A DNA stretch of 64,000 nt, taken from assembly GCA_963693365.1 (NCBI GenBank), contig CAVNZM010000006.1, positions 9,985,355-10,049,354 on the forward strand. Direction: 5' to 3'. The stretch's first letter is position 1; every line of letters begins with the position of its first letter. Both the position numbers and the translations under genes were made by a program. This document shows positions 27,356 to 51,620 of the stretch, in pieces. The notes under the pieces are model-generated. The model had not been told where the DNA came from, did no database searches, and saw only the letters and a list, made by a program, of their open reading frames with translations. The DNA comes from Amoebidium appalachense. Taxonomy: Eukaryota; Protista; Ichthyosporea.

Positions 27356-28517
27356 CTAATGACTCCCACCTCGTCCTCCCCAACCTCCACCACCCATCCC
27401 TCCCCATCCCCCACCCCTACCGCCCCACCCTCCACCCATCCCTCTCCACCCACCACCCATCCCTCCCCACCCTCCACGCCTGCCTCCCCACCCACCACCC
27501 ATCCCTCCCCACCCACCACCTCTACCTCCCCATCCCCCACCCATCCCTCCCCACCCACCACCTCTACCTCCCCACCCTCCGCCCATCCCTCCCCATCCTC
27601 CCCCACGTCCCCCCGATCTACTACGGGAAGTTCCTCCCCACCCTCCACCTCTGGAGCCCCCACCGCCAAATCCACCTCCACTTGATTCGGCGATGCCCTG
27701 ACGCCGGGCAAGTTGGTGATAGCCAATCTCGTTCTGTAGGAAGAGGAGAAAGAGGGGGGAGGGGGAGGGGGGAGGGGAGGGAGGGAGAGAGGATGTCCTG
27801 TGTAAGCAAACGTGTGCGTAATGGTACCCGGTGCAAATAAAGAATAGAGGCCACATGGTTTCTCACTTTGTAGCTTCTTTGGTGCTTTTGCATATTTTTG
27901 GAGGAAGGGGGGGGGGGGGGGGGGGGGGGGAGGAGAGAGAGAAAAAAACATCCAAACAAGTCTTACATGCTCTCACTCCAATCGAGGGCAATAAAATCCG
28001 ATGGCACATGGGTTTAGTAAAGTATGTGCCAGATGATTAAGACAAAAAATCTACAAACACCCACATTGAAACGAGCACTGTTTTACGTTTGAAAAAATAA
28101 GAAAAATCCGAACTACTGTAGCCTCTATGGTACCAGGTAGTGAACGGGAGACTTTCGGGACATGCACATACCGCTGAGTAGGACCAGCAGTGAAATGAGT
28201 TTGAAGCACCCAGACTTGAAAATTGCATTATGCTGTTCGCAACCCCCCCCCCCCCCCCCCCCTCCCCCCCCCCCCCCCCCCCAACCCACCCACTCACACC
28301 CACACCCACACACACATCCACCCACCATGTCCACACGCTCTCCCTCTGCGTCTCTTGCAGCCAGCACGTGCGCGCCCTCTAGCGCCCACGTGTCTTCGCT
28401 GTGTGTGTGGTCAAGTGCTGCCACCTCGTGCCCTGACTTCTCGGCCGTGGGCACGGCCACCCCAACGGCCAGCGCCGCCAGCGCAAGGCCCAGCGCAAGC
28501 CACAGGAGAAGACGCAT
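27356..28517 (-). CDS. Secreted glycine/tryptophan-rich repeat preproprotein (2 exons, ~189 aa)
   Basis: Exon 28326-28517 has signal peptide MRLLLWLALGLALAALAVGVA, an acidic pro-region and donor gtgggt. Exon 27356-27733 follows ttcctacag in phase 0: NEIGYHQLARRQGIAESSGGG... then ~11 GG(M/R)GGGW units. TATAAAAG lies at 28639-28646. Confidence 0.75.
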
Positions 28518-29028
28518 GGCGGTGGGTTAACGGACCGTTAACGTTGGAGAAGGAGGGAAGGTGTTGTGGTGGCTGTACGGGAGTGTGCTTGTTTGCCGAT
28601 GCTTCAGACTGGTTGTGGTTTGCTTGGTCCGGGCCAGCCTTTTATACCTTGGTGACAGGGTGGACTACGGCCAGATCACCTGGCTTCCCCCATCTATAAA
28701 TAGACCGTGCACGTGTACTGCCTCTACCGAGGTCATCTTCGACATCTCCGTATGCCATGCTGATTGGGTGGTGCCTGAATGAACCCACGGAGCCAGTAAA
28801 CCACGTGAGATGTTTGAGCCAATAGGAAGGCTCCCGGGTATCATGCCACCGTGTCGTTAGATCTGCACCTATACTGGGACATGTACAGGCCTCGGTCACT
28901 TCAGGGTACAACTTCACAGCCTCGTGTTACAACTAATCCCACGTGCTAAACACGCACACACACACTCACCGTGCACACACGTGTGTGTGCGTGTGGGGAG
29001 GGGGGGGGGGGGGAAGGCTTAACGTATC

Positions 29029-29067
<39 letters not shown>

Positions 29068-29084
29068 CACACACACACGTGCTG

Positions 29085-29183
<99 letters not shown>

Positions 29184-29189
29184 GTGTAC

Positions 29190-29223
<34 letters not shown>

Positions 29224-30358
29224 CACAGCACGTTGTTCTTCAGATACTATGGTTTTTAGCGAAGACAAATCAACTCCCTCACTCGTGGGATTCACATGAC
29301 AATTAAAGCTCCGATGTCTTCTCAAGGTGTGCATATATTAGATAGGCAAAAGAATGGCAAGTGCAATTGTACTGCACAAAACTTCATCATGACATACTAG
29401 TGCGTACATAATTGCAGAGAAGTGTTACAGGTTTTTTTACAGGGCTACAAGCAGGGAAATAATAGCAAAAAAAAAGAAGACAATGTATAAGCCTGGTTTC
29501 TTTCATGATCATATACATATGCACGCACATGCCTCATACCTCGGTTCTTCCTCTTCTTCTTTGCAGTCATTCTTTGGCCACACACATATGGTGCCGGAAC
29601 TCTGAAGCCCTCCAAATTCAGATCCCAAAATCACCCCGATCCGGGGGGTCGTCTGTGCGTAAACCCCCCCGCTCCCAATAGCATTGAGATATTTCAGAAA
29701 TGGACACGTCAAAATGTCCGTCTTGATGTCCAGGTTTACACGGCCTATATTTTGGGATACGGTGAGAGCACAACCCCTCGTGTGCATGTGTGGCTTACTC
29801 CGTTTTCCAGCACGGCCACACACTAGACGAGGGGTGCCGCAGGCGCCCCGAGCTATACATACACCGGGTTTACAGGATATATATACACTCATAACTCGCC
29901 GTGACGGGTGGAAGGCTAGATATGAGATGTCCACTTCAAATGCACCCGGACACTTGCCATGCCCGGTGCCACCACAGGAACATTTTGAAATTTTGGTTTG
30001 AAAATTTAGATTTTTACTACTTGACCCTAATTTGACGCTTTTTTTTGGAAAACAATGAAGAAGGGGCGCTAAAACAAAAATAAGGTTTGGACCACTGATC
30101 AATAAATCCCAGTCAAGAGAAAAAAAATAAGGTGTTTTACGTGCTCAGTGCAGTCGACTTTTCCGTAAAACTTTTTTCAGAAATCCAAATTTCGCAAAAA
30201 TAATATTTTGAAATACTTGTGAAAACATAAAGAACCCCCCCCCCGGGGGGGGGGGTTCAAGTTCCAGACCCACATATATCCATAGACTATCTATATCTAA
30301 ATATATAAATCGTATATCAAGCATATCTCTAGGCTGGTTTGATGTCGTCATCGGCTGA

Positions 30359-30407
30359 GGTCGGGGCACGGCCATCTAGAGAGTCTCTAGATGGCCGTGG
30401 GTCGGGG
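30359..30407. mobile_element. 33-bp perfect palindrome (30367-30399) flanked by 8-bp direct repeat GGTCGGGG: transposon footprint or micro-MITE
   Basis: ggtcgggg + cacggccatctagaga-g-tctctagatggccgtg + ggtcgggg. Confidence 0.8.
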
Positions 30408-30771
30408 GGTCAAATTGGCACTTTTCGGGTTCTCTGCTGTCTGCGCCATTCGGCAGTCTCGATGAGGCCGTTCGAGCTATTTTTGTAATCGACCGACAAG
30501 AAGTATTTTTTTTCATTTTTTCATTTTTGGAGTGCTACAGACTACCGGGACCATACATGTTTCGTATTCAGTATAAGTGACATGCTGTGTATACATGATC
30601 ACGATCATTACCTTTAAGTTGTCTTTCGCAACCATTATTAACACAACCCCAGCTGGAGTGATGCACCTCTGTTTCCCTGTTGAATATTCTCATTGCATTT
30701 ACTGGTTGCACTGTTTGCAATTGGTTGCCAGGAATCACCTCTATATTTAATCATTAACTGATTCCCCCCCT

Positions 30772-30816
<45 letters not shown>

Positions 30817-30857
30817 AACAACCATAACACGCACGCACACACACACGCACACAAGCA

Positions 30858-30893
<36 letters not shown>

Positions 30894-30942
30894 CACGCAC
30901 GCACGCACGCACACAGACACAGACACAGACACACACACACAT

Positions 30943-30975
<33 letters not shown>

Positions 30976-31955
30976 GTGATGCATGCACACACCGGTTAGT
31001 TTAAAAGAACACCAGCATGCACACACCACTGAATGAATGCAGGCCGATGCACACCCGATGCACCCCATTACCACACTTCAACACGCAGCCCATAAAACCT
31101 GCCATTGAGCCACATCAACTTATCAATGCCATTTATGCATTATTGCCGCATGACCGAGCAATCAACCCAAACACGGGCAGGCACACAGTGCCTATACATC
31201 GTAGAGCACCCCAGCCAGTGGGTTCTTGCACCCGACACATGTCGCCGTTGTCTCACCCCTACACCCACCCACATGCCTTGCACCACATTAAAGGTCTTAT
31301 TCAGCTCGAAGTTAAGCAAACCAAAAACTTTTAAATTGTGGTTTCAATGTCCTTCAGATAATTATCCTAGAAAGTATTTCATCTCCTACATGAAACCTGT
31401 GTAATCTCACAGAGAATGGGCTTTACAAGAAATTCCTGTGTTTCACGCGCGATACAAACCCATTCCCTATAAGAATGTTATATAATTACCTAACAACATT
31501 GTCATAAATCTTACACCATCGCAAGCCATACACAACAGCCGAAGAGACGTGTGGCAAGAAAGGGATCCCACACACGTGTTGCAGGTACCAATAAAAAACC
31601 TGTGCTACAACAAAAACTGCAACACCACATGAAGTCATGTAAGTAATCATAGTGACATGTTCCGAGTCAAGTTGACAAGTACTTTATGCACAAAAAATGC
31701 GTGCGATGTGTAGGTAACCGGTAATAATGTTGACGACGAGTTTAGAAATGCTTGAACGTGGTGCCACAGCCTATCAAAAACTGTCCAGTTGCACGTACCT
31801 ATCAATATCATGGACAGAAACGTTTAAAAACATGTAACATACGAAGATATCAGCAGTTCCTACATGCATATTGACCCCCCCCCCCCCCCCCCCCCCCCCA
31901 ACCCCCCTTCAAACACCATCACAAAGCTTTTGAAATGTGCAAGCACACCTGCGTT

Positions 31956-32413
31956 TCAGGGCAGGAACAGTTGGTGGACGTCCTTGAGGGTCAGGCGGGT
32001 GCGGCAAATGGGGCACTCCCCGTGTGTGCGCACACATCCCCGGATGCAGCGGTAGCAGAACACGTGGCCGCACTTGGTGCTGTACGTGTTGCCCCCCATG
32101 CCCTCGCAGCAGATCTGAAGCCAGCCACACACGTACAGTCAGCGGAGGAAATGGGGGATGGGACCATACAAACATCAGTGCCTGCACCAGTGGATGGACT
32201 TCTCCTTCACCTCGATATTCATTCATACGACACAACGTGTACACACATAAACACAAATCATTCACACCCACACAGAGCCACCTGCGATGCACAAAAAGCG
32301 TGCCAAACACACGCACACACACACACACACGCACACACAGACAGACAGACACACACCAACCCATATTCGTGGCTGAGAACACAAAAGAGCATCGAGTCAA
32401 TCAACCACCCATA

Positions 32414-32445
<32 letters not shown>

Positions 32446-32540
32446 AAAAAAAAAGATTGACTACCCATATCCCCCCTCCCCCCCCCCCCCCCCCTCCCCC
32501 CACCAAAAAAAAAAAAAAAAAAAGATTGACTACCCATATA

Positions 32541-32581
<41 letters not shown>

Positions 32582-32643
32582 AAAAAAAAAAACCCTAGCC
32601 CAAGTTGCCTCCCCCCCGGGAGAAACCCCCTCCCCCGCCCCCG

Positions 32644-32701
<58 letters not shown>

Positions 32702-33432
32702 GCAACCTACCGGGCACTGCAGCCTACTTGCAATACCGTCCTCTGCATCCTCCTCCCCTGCCGTATCCACCTTCTCCTTCTCCTTCTCCTTCTCCTTGTC
32801 CTTCCTCCTCTTCTTCCTGTCGCTGTTGATGACTATGGGCTCGACTTTGGCCTGCCTTCTTACCATATTAGGTATGATGGGGGGTGGCTCATCATCGTCC
32901 TCGGTCAGGTCCACCATCTCGGGGGTGCCGGTCTGCCGTGTGCCTGCTTGCGTCCTGGCCCTGGGATGCCCTGATGGTGCAAATGACAGAGAGGTTGGTT
33001 GGCTGTTTCAACTGTTTGTTGATCCAAAACACGGAGAAAACGGTACAAAGAGTACACGGTACAAAATGCGTACACACATGCGCACACAACCAGATGCATT
33101 AACCACCAAATGCCCCCCCCCCCCCAAAAGTTTAGCTTTTCACAAAAAAATTCACCAGCCCATCAACCCCTGCATCCCACGGTCAACCAAAATAGGACGA
33201 TGCCTGTCAAGCAAGCGAAAGCAAAAACGTAAGAACCATTCTTCGCGTCTTCATTCACAACAGCCAAAAGTGTGGTAGGTATCACGGTTAGCTGTTATAT
33301 GCAACAATACTGCAAATGTGCTTGTCACAAAGAAAACTGTGCTATGTAAGTATACCGAATTGTTAAATGTCAGAGAAAGCAAATGCGAGGTGTAAAAAAG
33401 AGAAAAAGAAACATGCGCAACAAGAAGGGCAA

Positions 33433-33487
<55 letters not shown>

Positions 33488-33557
33488 CGCGCACGCATGT
33501 GTTTGGGTGGGTGGGTAGGTGTTGGCCGTATTTTTTTCTTTCTTTCTTTTTTTTTTT

Positions 33558-33588
<31 letters not shown>

Positions 33589-33982
33589 AAGGGTTACCTG
33601 CAATTCCTTGGAACAGCTCCAGCAGCTGTTGAATGCCCAAGTCTGAAGGAAATTAATCGTCAACACACACACAGTCGGGGGGAGAAAAGGCGGACAGCGG
33701 GAGGAGGAGGAGGACGAGGAGGGGGGAAGTGGGAGGGGGGAGGGGGAGGGGGGGGGGGGGGGGTGTCACAAACTAAGAAAAAGAGCATACATAGGCAACA
33801 TACACGCATTTTAGGAGTCATTGCACACCTAAGCACACCTATACCCTTCTTCAAATTGACACAGCCCCTAATTGTCCCCCTCCCCTCCCCTCCCCCCCCC
33901 CCCCCCAACAAAAAAGAAAGAAAGAAAGAAAGAAAAGAAAAGAAAAGGGAAAGGGAAAACCACCAACAACACACACACACAC

Positions 33983-34039
<57 letters not shown>

Positions 34040-35145
34040 GGTCTGCAAGTGCAACACACAACACAGACAAGCGATAACTTGTGCAAAAAAATTTAACCTC
34101 CCCCCCTTCCCCCCCTCATACCTTTTATAACAGGCGCTGGCCCCCTCCTTGTTCCCCAAAGACCCCCCCCCCTCCCCCCCCCTCCCCTCAAGCAAACCAA
34201 AACACACATACACCCACACACAAGCGCATACCCACACACCCACACACCCACAAGGACACACGCACAAACACATCAAAACCCGTCTTCCCGTTCCTCCATC
34301 AACGAGCAAAATGAAGAGCAGAACCTTCACCCACAATCCTTCACACTTACTTCTCAAAGGCTGCCCTGCCCGCACCTGTTCCTTTGCTCAATTCACTAGG
34401 GGTGTTCATATGCACAAGAGTAAGTGATATCGGTGCACACATTACCACGTTCATGTGTCGAAATGAAGGCTTAGGTAACGGTGTTTCGGTAAACCAAAAA
34501 GAGGACATACTTCTAAACATGCGGGGAGGTGCTTGGCCAAGTGCTGGGGCCTCTTGGCTGTTTGTCAGGTCTACCGTGCTGCTGCTGTCTTCCGTGTCGT
34601 CTGTAAGATCAATAACACTGACATTGACGTTGGGATTGGGTGATGCCCCTGCAGGTGCTGGCAAAAAGGGGAATGTAAGTAGCCAACAACGATGAATGAC
34701 AAGAGCAATGAATGTCGAAGCCAAAAGACAAACAAACTTCGAAAAGCACCACGGAACTACTATTCCCTGGGACAACGTAGAAAAAAAGCCATGTACAACC
34801 AAGCCATGGGACTCGCCAAGCATGCAAAGATGAAGTGAAGCAGCCAACACTACCTTGCTGGTTATCTTCCTGCGAGTCGACTATCTCTACGGTGTCCACC
34901 TGGGGGCAGTCCCTTGCCCTCTCCTCGTTGCTGTCAGCCGGGACAGAGTTCCCCAGGGGTGCTTGCTGCTCCCCTGTTCTCCGACGTGCCTGTTGTCTAC
35001 GCGCTGCCAACGTGGTAGCCTCGTTTTCTTTCTGAGCTAGTGGTGATAGGCGTGTGCGCTTGTTCACGTTACGAACACTAGGCCTTGAAAGGTCTTCATG
35101 ATCCTCACGCGAGTCTGAACTGTCATGTTCACGTTTTCGCGACAT
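31956..35145 (-). CDS. RNF4: RNF4/Slx8-like SUMO-targeted ubiquitin ligase (multiple SIMs + C-terminal C3HC4 RING), ~6 exons
   Basis: SIM-like motifs VEIVDS, VIDLTDD, TVDLTN, MVDLTEDDD and IVINSD. RING: CP|ICCEGMGGNTYSTKCGHVFCYRCIRGCVRTHGECPICRTRLTLKDVHQLFLP*. Exons approximately 34853-35145, 34511-34648, 34351-34375, 33598-33642, 32711-32971 and 31956-32114. Confidence 0.82.
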
Positions 35146-36550
35146 GGTCAACAAGCAGCAGGAAACTGCTAAGAAAAAACCAGAGAAGAAAAATAACTAT
35201 TACGTTAACCTTTTTGTCCGAAGCCTGATTTTAACACCAAAATAATCCTGTGGGTGCACACACAGAACAATGCCGACTAGTGACCCGAAGTTCCGAAACA
35301 AGCGGTGCTCCACGTCTGTTCCACGTTCGCTCGGCACACAGAAATATGTAGGACTTTGGCATACTACTTTGTGAAAAGCAGAGGGGAAAATTTAAGAAAC
35401 ACCAGCCCGTAAAACATAACAAGTACTTGTCTTTGTAGTAAGGGTGTGTGTACGAGTGTGATAATGGTTGCACTCTTGTTGAAGACTTCGGACTTTGGAG
35501 CCTTGTTGCAGCTCGCGGTAAAGCAAACTGTAGCGCAACTGCTGGATATTTTTGCGTTGAAAATATCCAGCTTATATCCAAATCCAGCCAAGTAAAGTTG
35601 AGAAAAAATCACTTAATGAGAGATAACATGAAAATAAATATAGATCGCGATTATAGTTGTAGATCTTGTCCTTTATGGCTATGGCTTTTGTCGCCTGATT
35701 GGTTCACATCCTCGGCGCGCCGGCCGCCGCGCCGCGCACCGATGGGCCGGAGGCGGAGGGGAGCCTCCTCCGACTCCGCAGGGCCTAGCAAGTTGAGGGA
35801 AAAACTGCTTGGATGATGATCGACTGGCACAAATGGAACTGGTTGTTCAAGTTGATGTAATGTGGACATGAGCTTGTTGGTGTGAGTTGGTCAGCCAGTC
35901 GTCATAGCTTCACAACGCAGTTTGGGCAGTTCAATGAAATTTGCATCACACGGCGCACGTGCATTGCAACGGTGGCCATTGTTGTCTTGGCCATGGTGCG
36001 CATGAAATCTGAAGTTGCATTTCCCCCCCCCACCCTTTGGTCCTGAACGCTTGTGCAGTATGGCGGGCAGGCATTTCCCTTGATCTTTTATTGCTTTTAT
36101 ATTTGTTTTCGGCCAATGGCCGGTGGCCAGGGATGGCCAGTGGGGCCACGAACGAGGAACGTGCAATACTAGGCTAGTGAGCAGAATGTAGGAATAGGAC
36201 CAGTATACATGAGCAACCCCGCCTTAAGACTGGTTTGTTTGGTAGACTTGCCTTGCATATGCAACTCTAATACGCATACGCAAGTGCATGGCGCCAAGAG
36301 TTGCGGGATGATAGGAATGTTTTCGTTCGCAAGCTAATATGTACATGAGGTGGACCAGGAGATCAGAAATCTCTACGTTTTACTTAGGAAACTTCATTTG
36401 CTTTTATCTTTACCAAGAACCATCATCGAGGTGAAAAGAGAAGGAGTGTTTAGATTGCTATCAATTTCTGATATCATGCATGATTCGAAAGCCCATCACA
36501 AGTACAGTCGCACTGTGTTCACGTGCTTAAGACATATACAAACCATCCTC

Positions 36551-48945
<12,395 letters not shown>

Positions 48946-50045
48946 GGTTGCTTGGCTTTGAGTGCGCTGTCTGACTGTACTTTGTGCCTGCCAGGGGAAA
49001 GCGACCAGAGCCTGTAAATAAATGACCTGTGTTAGGGAAGGCTGCCGCAAAGTTTGGGTCACTTTTTTGAGTGCGGAGGCAGTTGTCTCCCCTTGCTATT
49101 AGCTCTGTAGGAAGTGCCCAACTTACAGTAGCAACAGCCTGGAAAAGAATAAAACTCAATATTGAAACAGAAAGGCAGTTAAGTGATCCCGCCAAGGCGT
49201 AAGGAGTTAACCTATGAATTGCAGTTGGCACGAAACACACCACAGGCTAACTGTTGGCAAAGTGCACTAGTTCAAAAGATCTGATGGCTTGAAAAACGCA
49301 AAAACGCTGTAGCATGTACCTTATTTTTTCAGTGCTTCTCTAGCTAGGTAGAGCTCTAAAGTTTAGACGAAACGTCAAAGAAAGGGCTCTGTAGCCACAA
49401 AGAAAACTACTATCTGCTATTCAGTAATCAACTGAAGGCTTTTGCAATGTCTGCATGACTCTTGAATACATGTGATTATTATTTTCCCGCCATTCTCAAG
49501 TGCCAAATATAGAAGAATATCTCTATGTCTGTGCCTAAAAACAGTACACTGGCCCTTTGAATCTATTCAAAAAAATCGCAGAAGTCAACTCGCTGGCTCC
49601 GCGGCCCGGGTTTGTCCAGAGTTCCAAAAAAAAAAAAAAAGAAGAGAAGGCAGTAAAAGCATCAGCAGATAAGCTAGTGATACCCACTATTAATTGCTTC
49701 TCTGGTGCTATGTTTAGCCTCAGCGTAAGTTAGAAGCTGAGGCACTGCCTATATAAGATAATACTTCCAACTAATTGTATTAGCTTAAATACGTGCAATT
49801 TGAATGATTTGTTTATGTAGCACCGATGCGTCCGTGTGTTCTTTTTGTTCATGTTTACATCTGAAAGAGCTACACAGCACTTGTTCCCTTAACACATTAA
49901 CACATAAGCCATGTGCACATACACGTAAGATGTATGGCAGTATACAGCCTACATTCTTACAAGAAAGAAGCTCTGACCTTCGTGGTTTCCGCACCACCAA
50001 ACCCGATCACAATTGAAGTTACGTTTTGGGGTTAAGGATGGGAAA

Positions 50046-51573
50046 ATGAATCAGCACGCCACAACCGAAGCCTTTAATGGCTCGTTCACCTCTGTGCGAA
50101 ATTCATTCTTGACTGATTTTTGGAGTGCCGTGCTCCAGTGGGGGTCATCTTTTTTTAGAGCTCTGTCACATTTTATATTCAGAGATCGAACCCACAGCCT
50201 CTTGGGTTTTGTTAACATTTTTGGAACTCATCAAATCGTGTGTTTCTATACTATGGCTCGGTTTAACTGTATTGGGAACATATTTTCTTGAGATCCCCCA
50301 GTCTATTTTTTCATGGCTATGGTCTTCTTGTGCAAGCGTTTCCCAAGGGATCATCGATGTCGTTTTCCTTCTCGCGGGCATGATGGTTCAGTCTGTTGAA
50401 ATGCTGCTCCAGTTTTCCTGGTCGGTTCTTTGCTACATCGCATATAAACTGGGTCCACCGGATGAGGGTAAGTGCGTGAGCCAAATTTGGGTTGTGTGTT
50501 GCAGCTTTGTGTCAACCGGTTGTACTGCAATTATAGTCACCCCCTCTCCTCCCCTGCCCCTCCCCCCTCCCCCTCCCCCCCTCCCCCCCTCCCCCCCCCC
50601 CCCAAACCACAAAAAAATAAAAAAATAAAATAAAATAAAGTAAAGCGCGGAAGTCAGGCTGGTTTGACATTTTCAGCTGTTGGCGCATACCGGATTCTGG
50701 TGAGGGCCAAATGTGGGGCATCGAGAGAAAAGTATGGGGGATTCGGAGAAGGGAAGAATAAAGGAAATGAAGCAGAGTAAAGAAGAACGTAAGGGGAAGG
50801 GAGAAGGAGAGTGCACCTAGGAATTCAGAAGATGAGTGTTGAAAGAGGGAGAGTGTGGGATGAAAACCGCGGGAGAGGGAGGAGGAGAGCGAGAAGAAAG
50901 GGGTGAAAGAAGATGGAGATTGCAAGGCTTGCGACAGAGTGCCGGGCTGGGGGGAAGATGGTTTACGGAGAGGGAGAGAAATCAAAACGGGAGAAGAAGA
51001 GTGGGTGTTGTGGCGGGGGTGGGCTTGGGAAGGCGAGAGTGATGTGTGTGTGTTTGGGGGGGGGGGGGGGGGGGGGGGGGGAGGGGGGAGGGAGGGGGAT
51101 GGGCGAGAGAGAGAGAGAGGGAAGATGAGTGAGAGAGAGAGAGAGACAGAGAGAGAGAGAGGTGAGAAGAGAGGGGAGGGGGGGGGAGGGAGGGGAGAGA
51201 GAGGAGAGAGTTAGGGAGGGAGAACTTGGAGAGCTTGTAATCCCCCCGCCCCCCTCTCCTTTTCCCCCTCCGTTTATGTGTGCTTTACACTCGGCATTCT
51301 GCTGTCCGTCATGAATGTGTACTTCTTACTCTGTCACGGATCTCAAACCCCCCCCCCCCCCCCCCTCCCACCCTTCCTCTCGCACCTATGCTATCCACCT
51401 ATTTACCCAGTCTCGGCATCCATTGTCCCTTTACTCTCACTTTTTTTTGGGTCCCCCCGTGTGTGCATGCCTTATTCCAATCCTTCCGGTGGGCTCGTTT
51501 GTTGCACCTTCTATTCAATAGAATGCCTCTTGGGTGACCTTTGTAATGACTTCCCTCTGCTAAATCATCATCC

Positions 51574-51620
<47 letters not shown>

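Noticed and set aside
26978-27685. Plus-strand Pro/Thr/Ser-rich (TTHPSPP) mucin/extensin-like ORF
   Set aside because: Antisense shadow of the GGGW-repeat exon, which has a signal-peptide exon, in-phase splice sites and a TATA box on the minus strand.
32000-32050. Apparent frameshift within the RING exon
   Set aside because: Careful re-reading gives a continuous frame, CIRGCVRTHGECPICR.
31935-33278. 447-aa plus-strand ORF
   Set aside because: Antisense to RNF4-like exons and built from poly-C/A and CA repeats.
36140-36180. Weak hairpin followed by CTAGT, Helitron 3'-end-like
   Set aside because: Hairpin pairs poorly; no 5' end or second copy identified.
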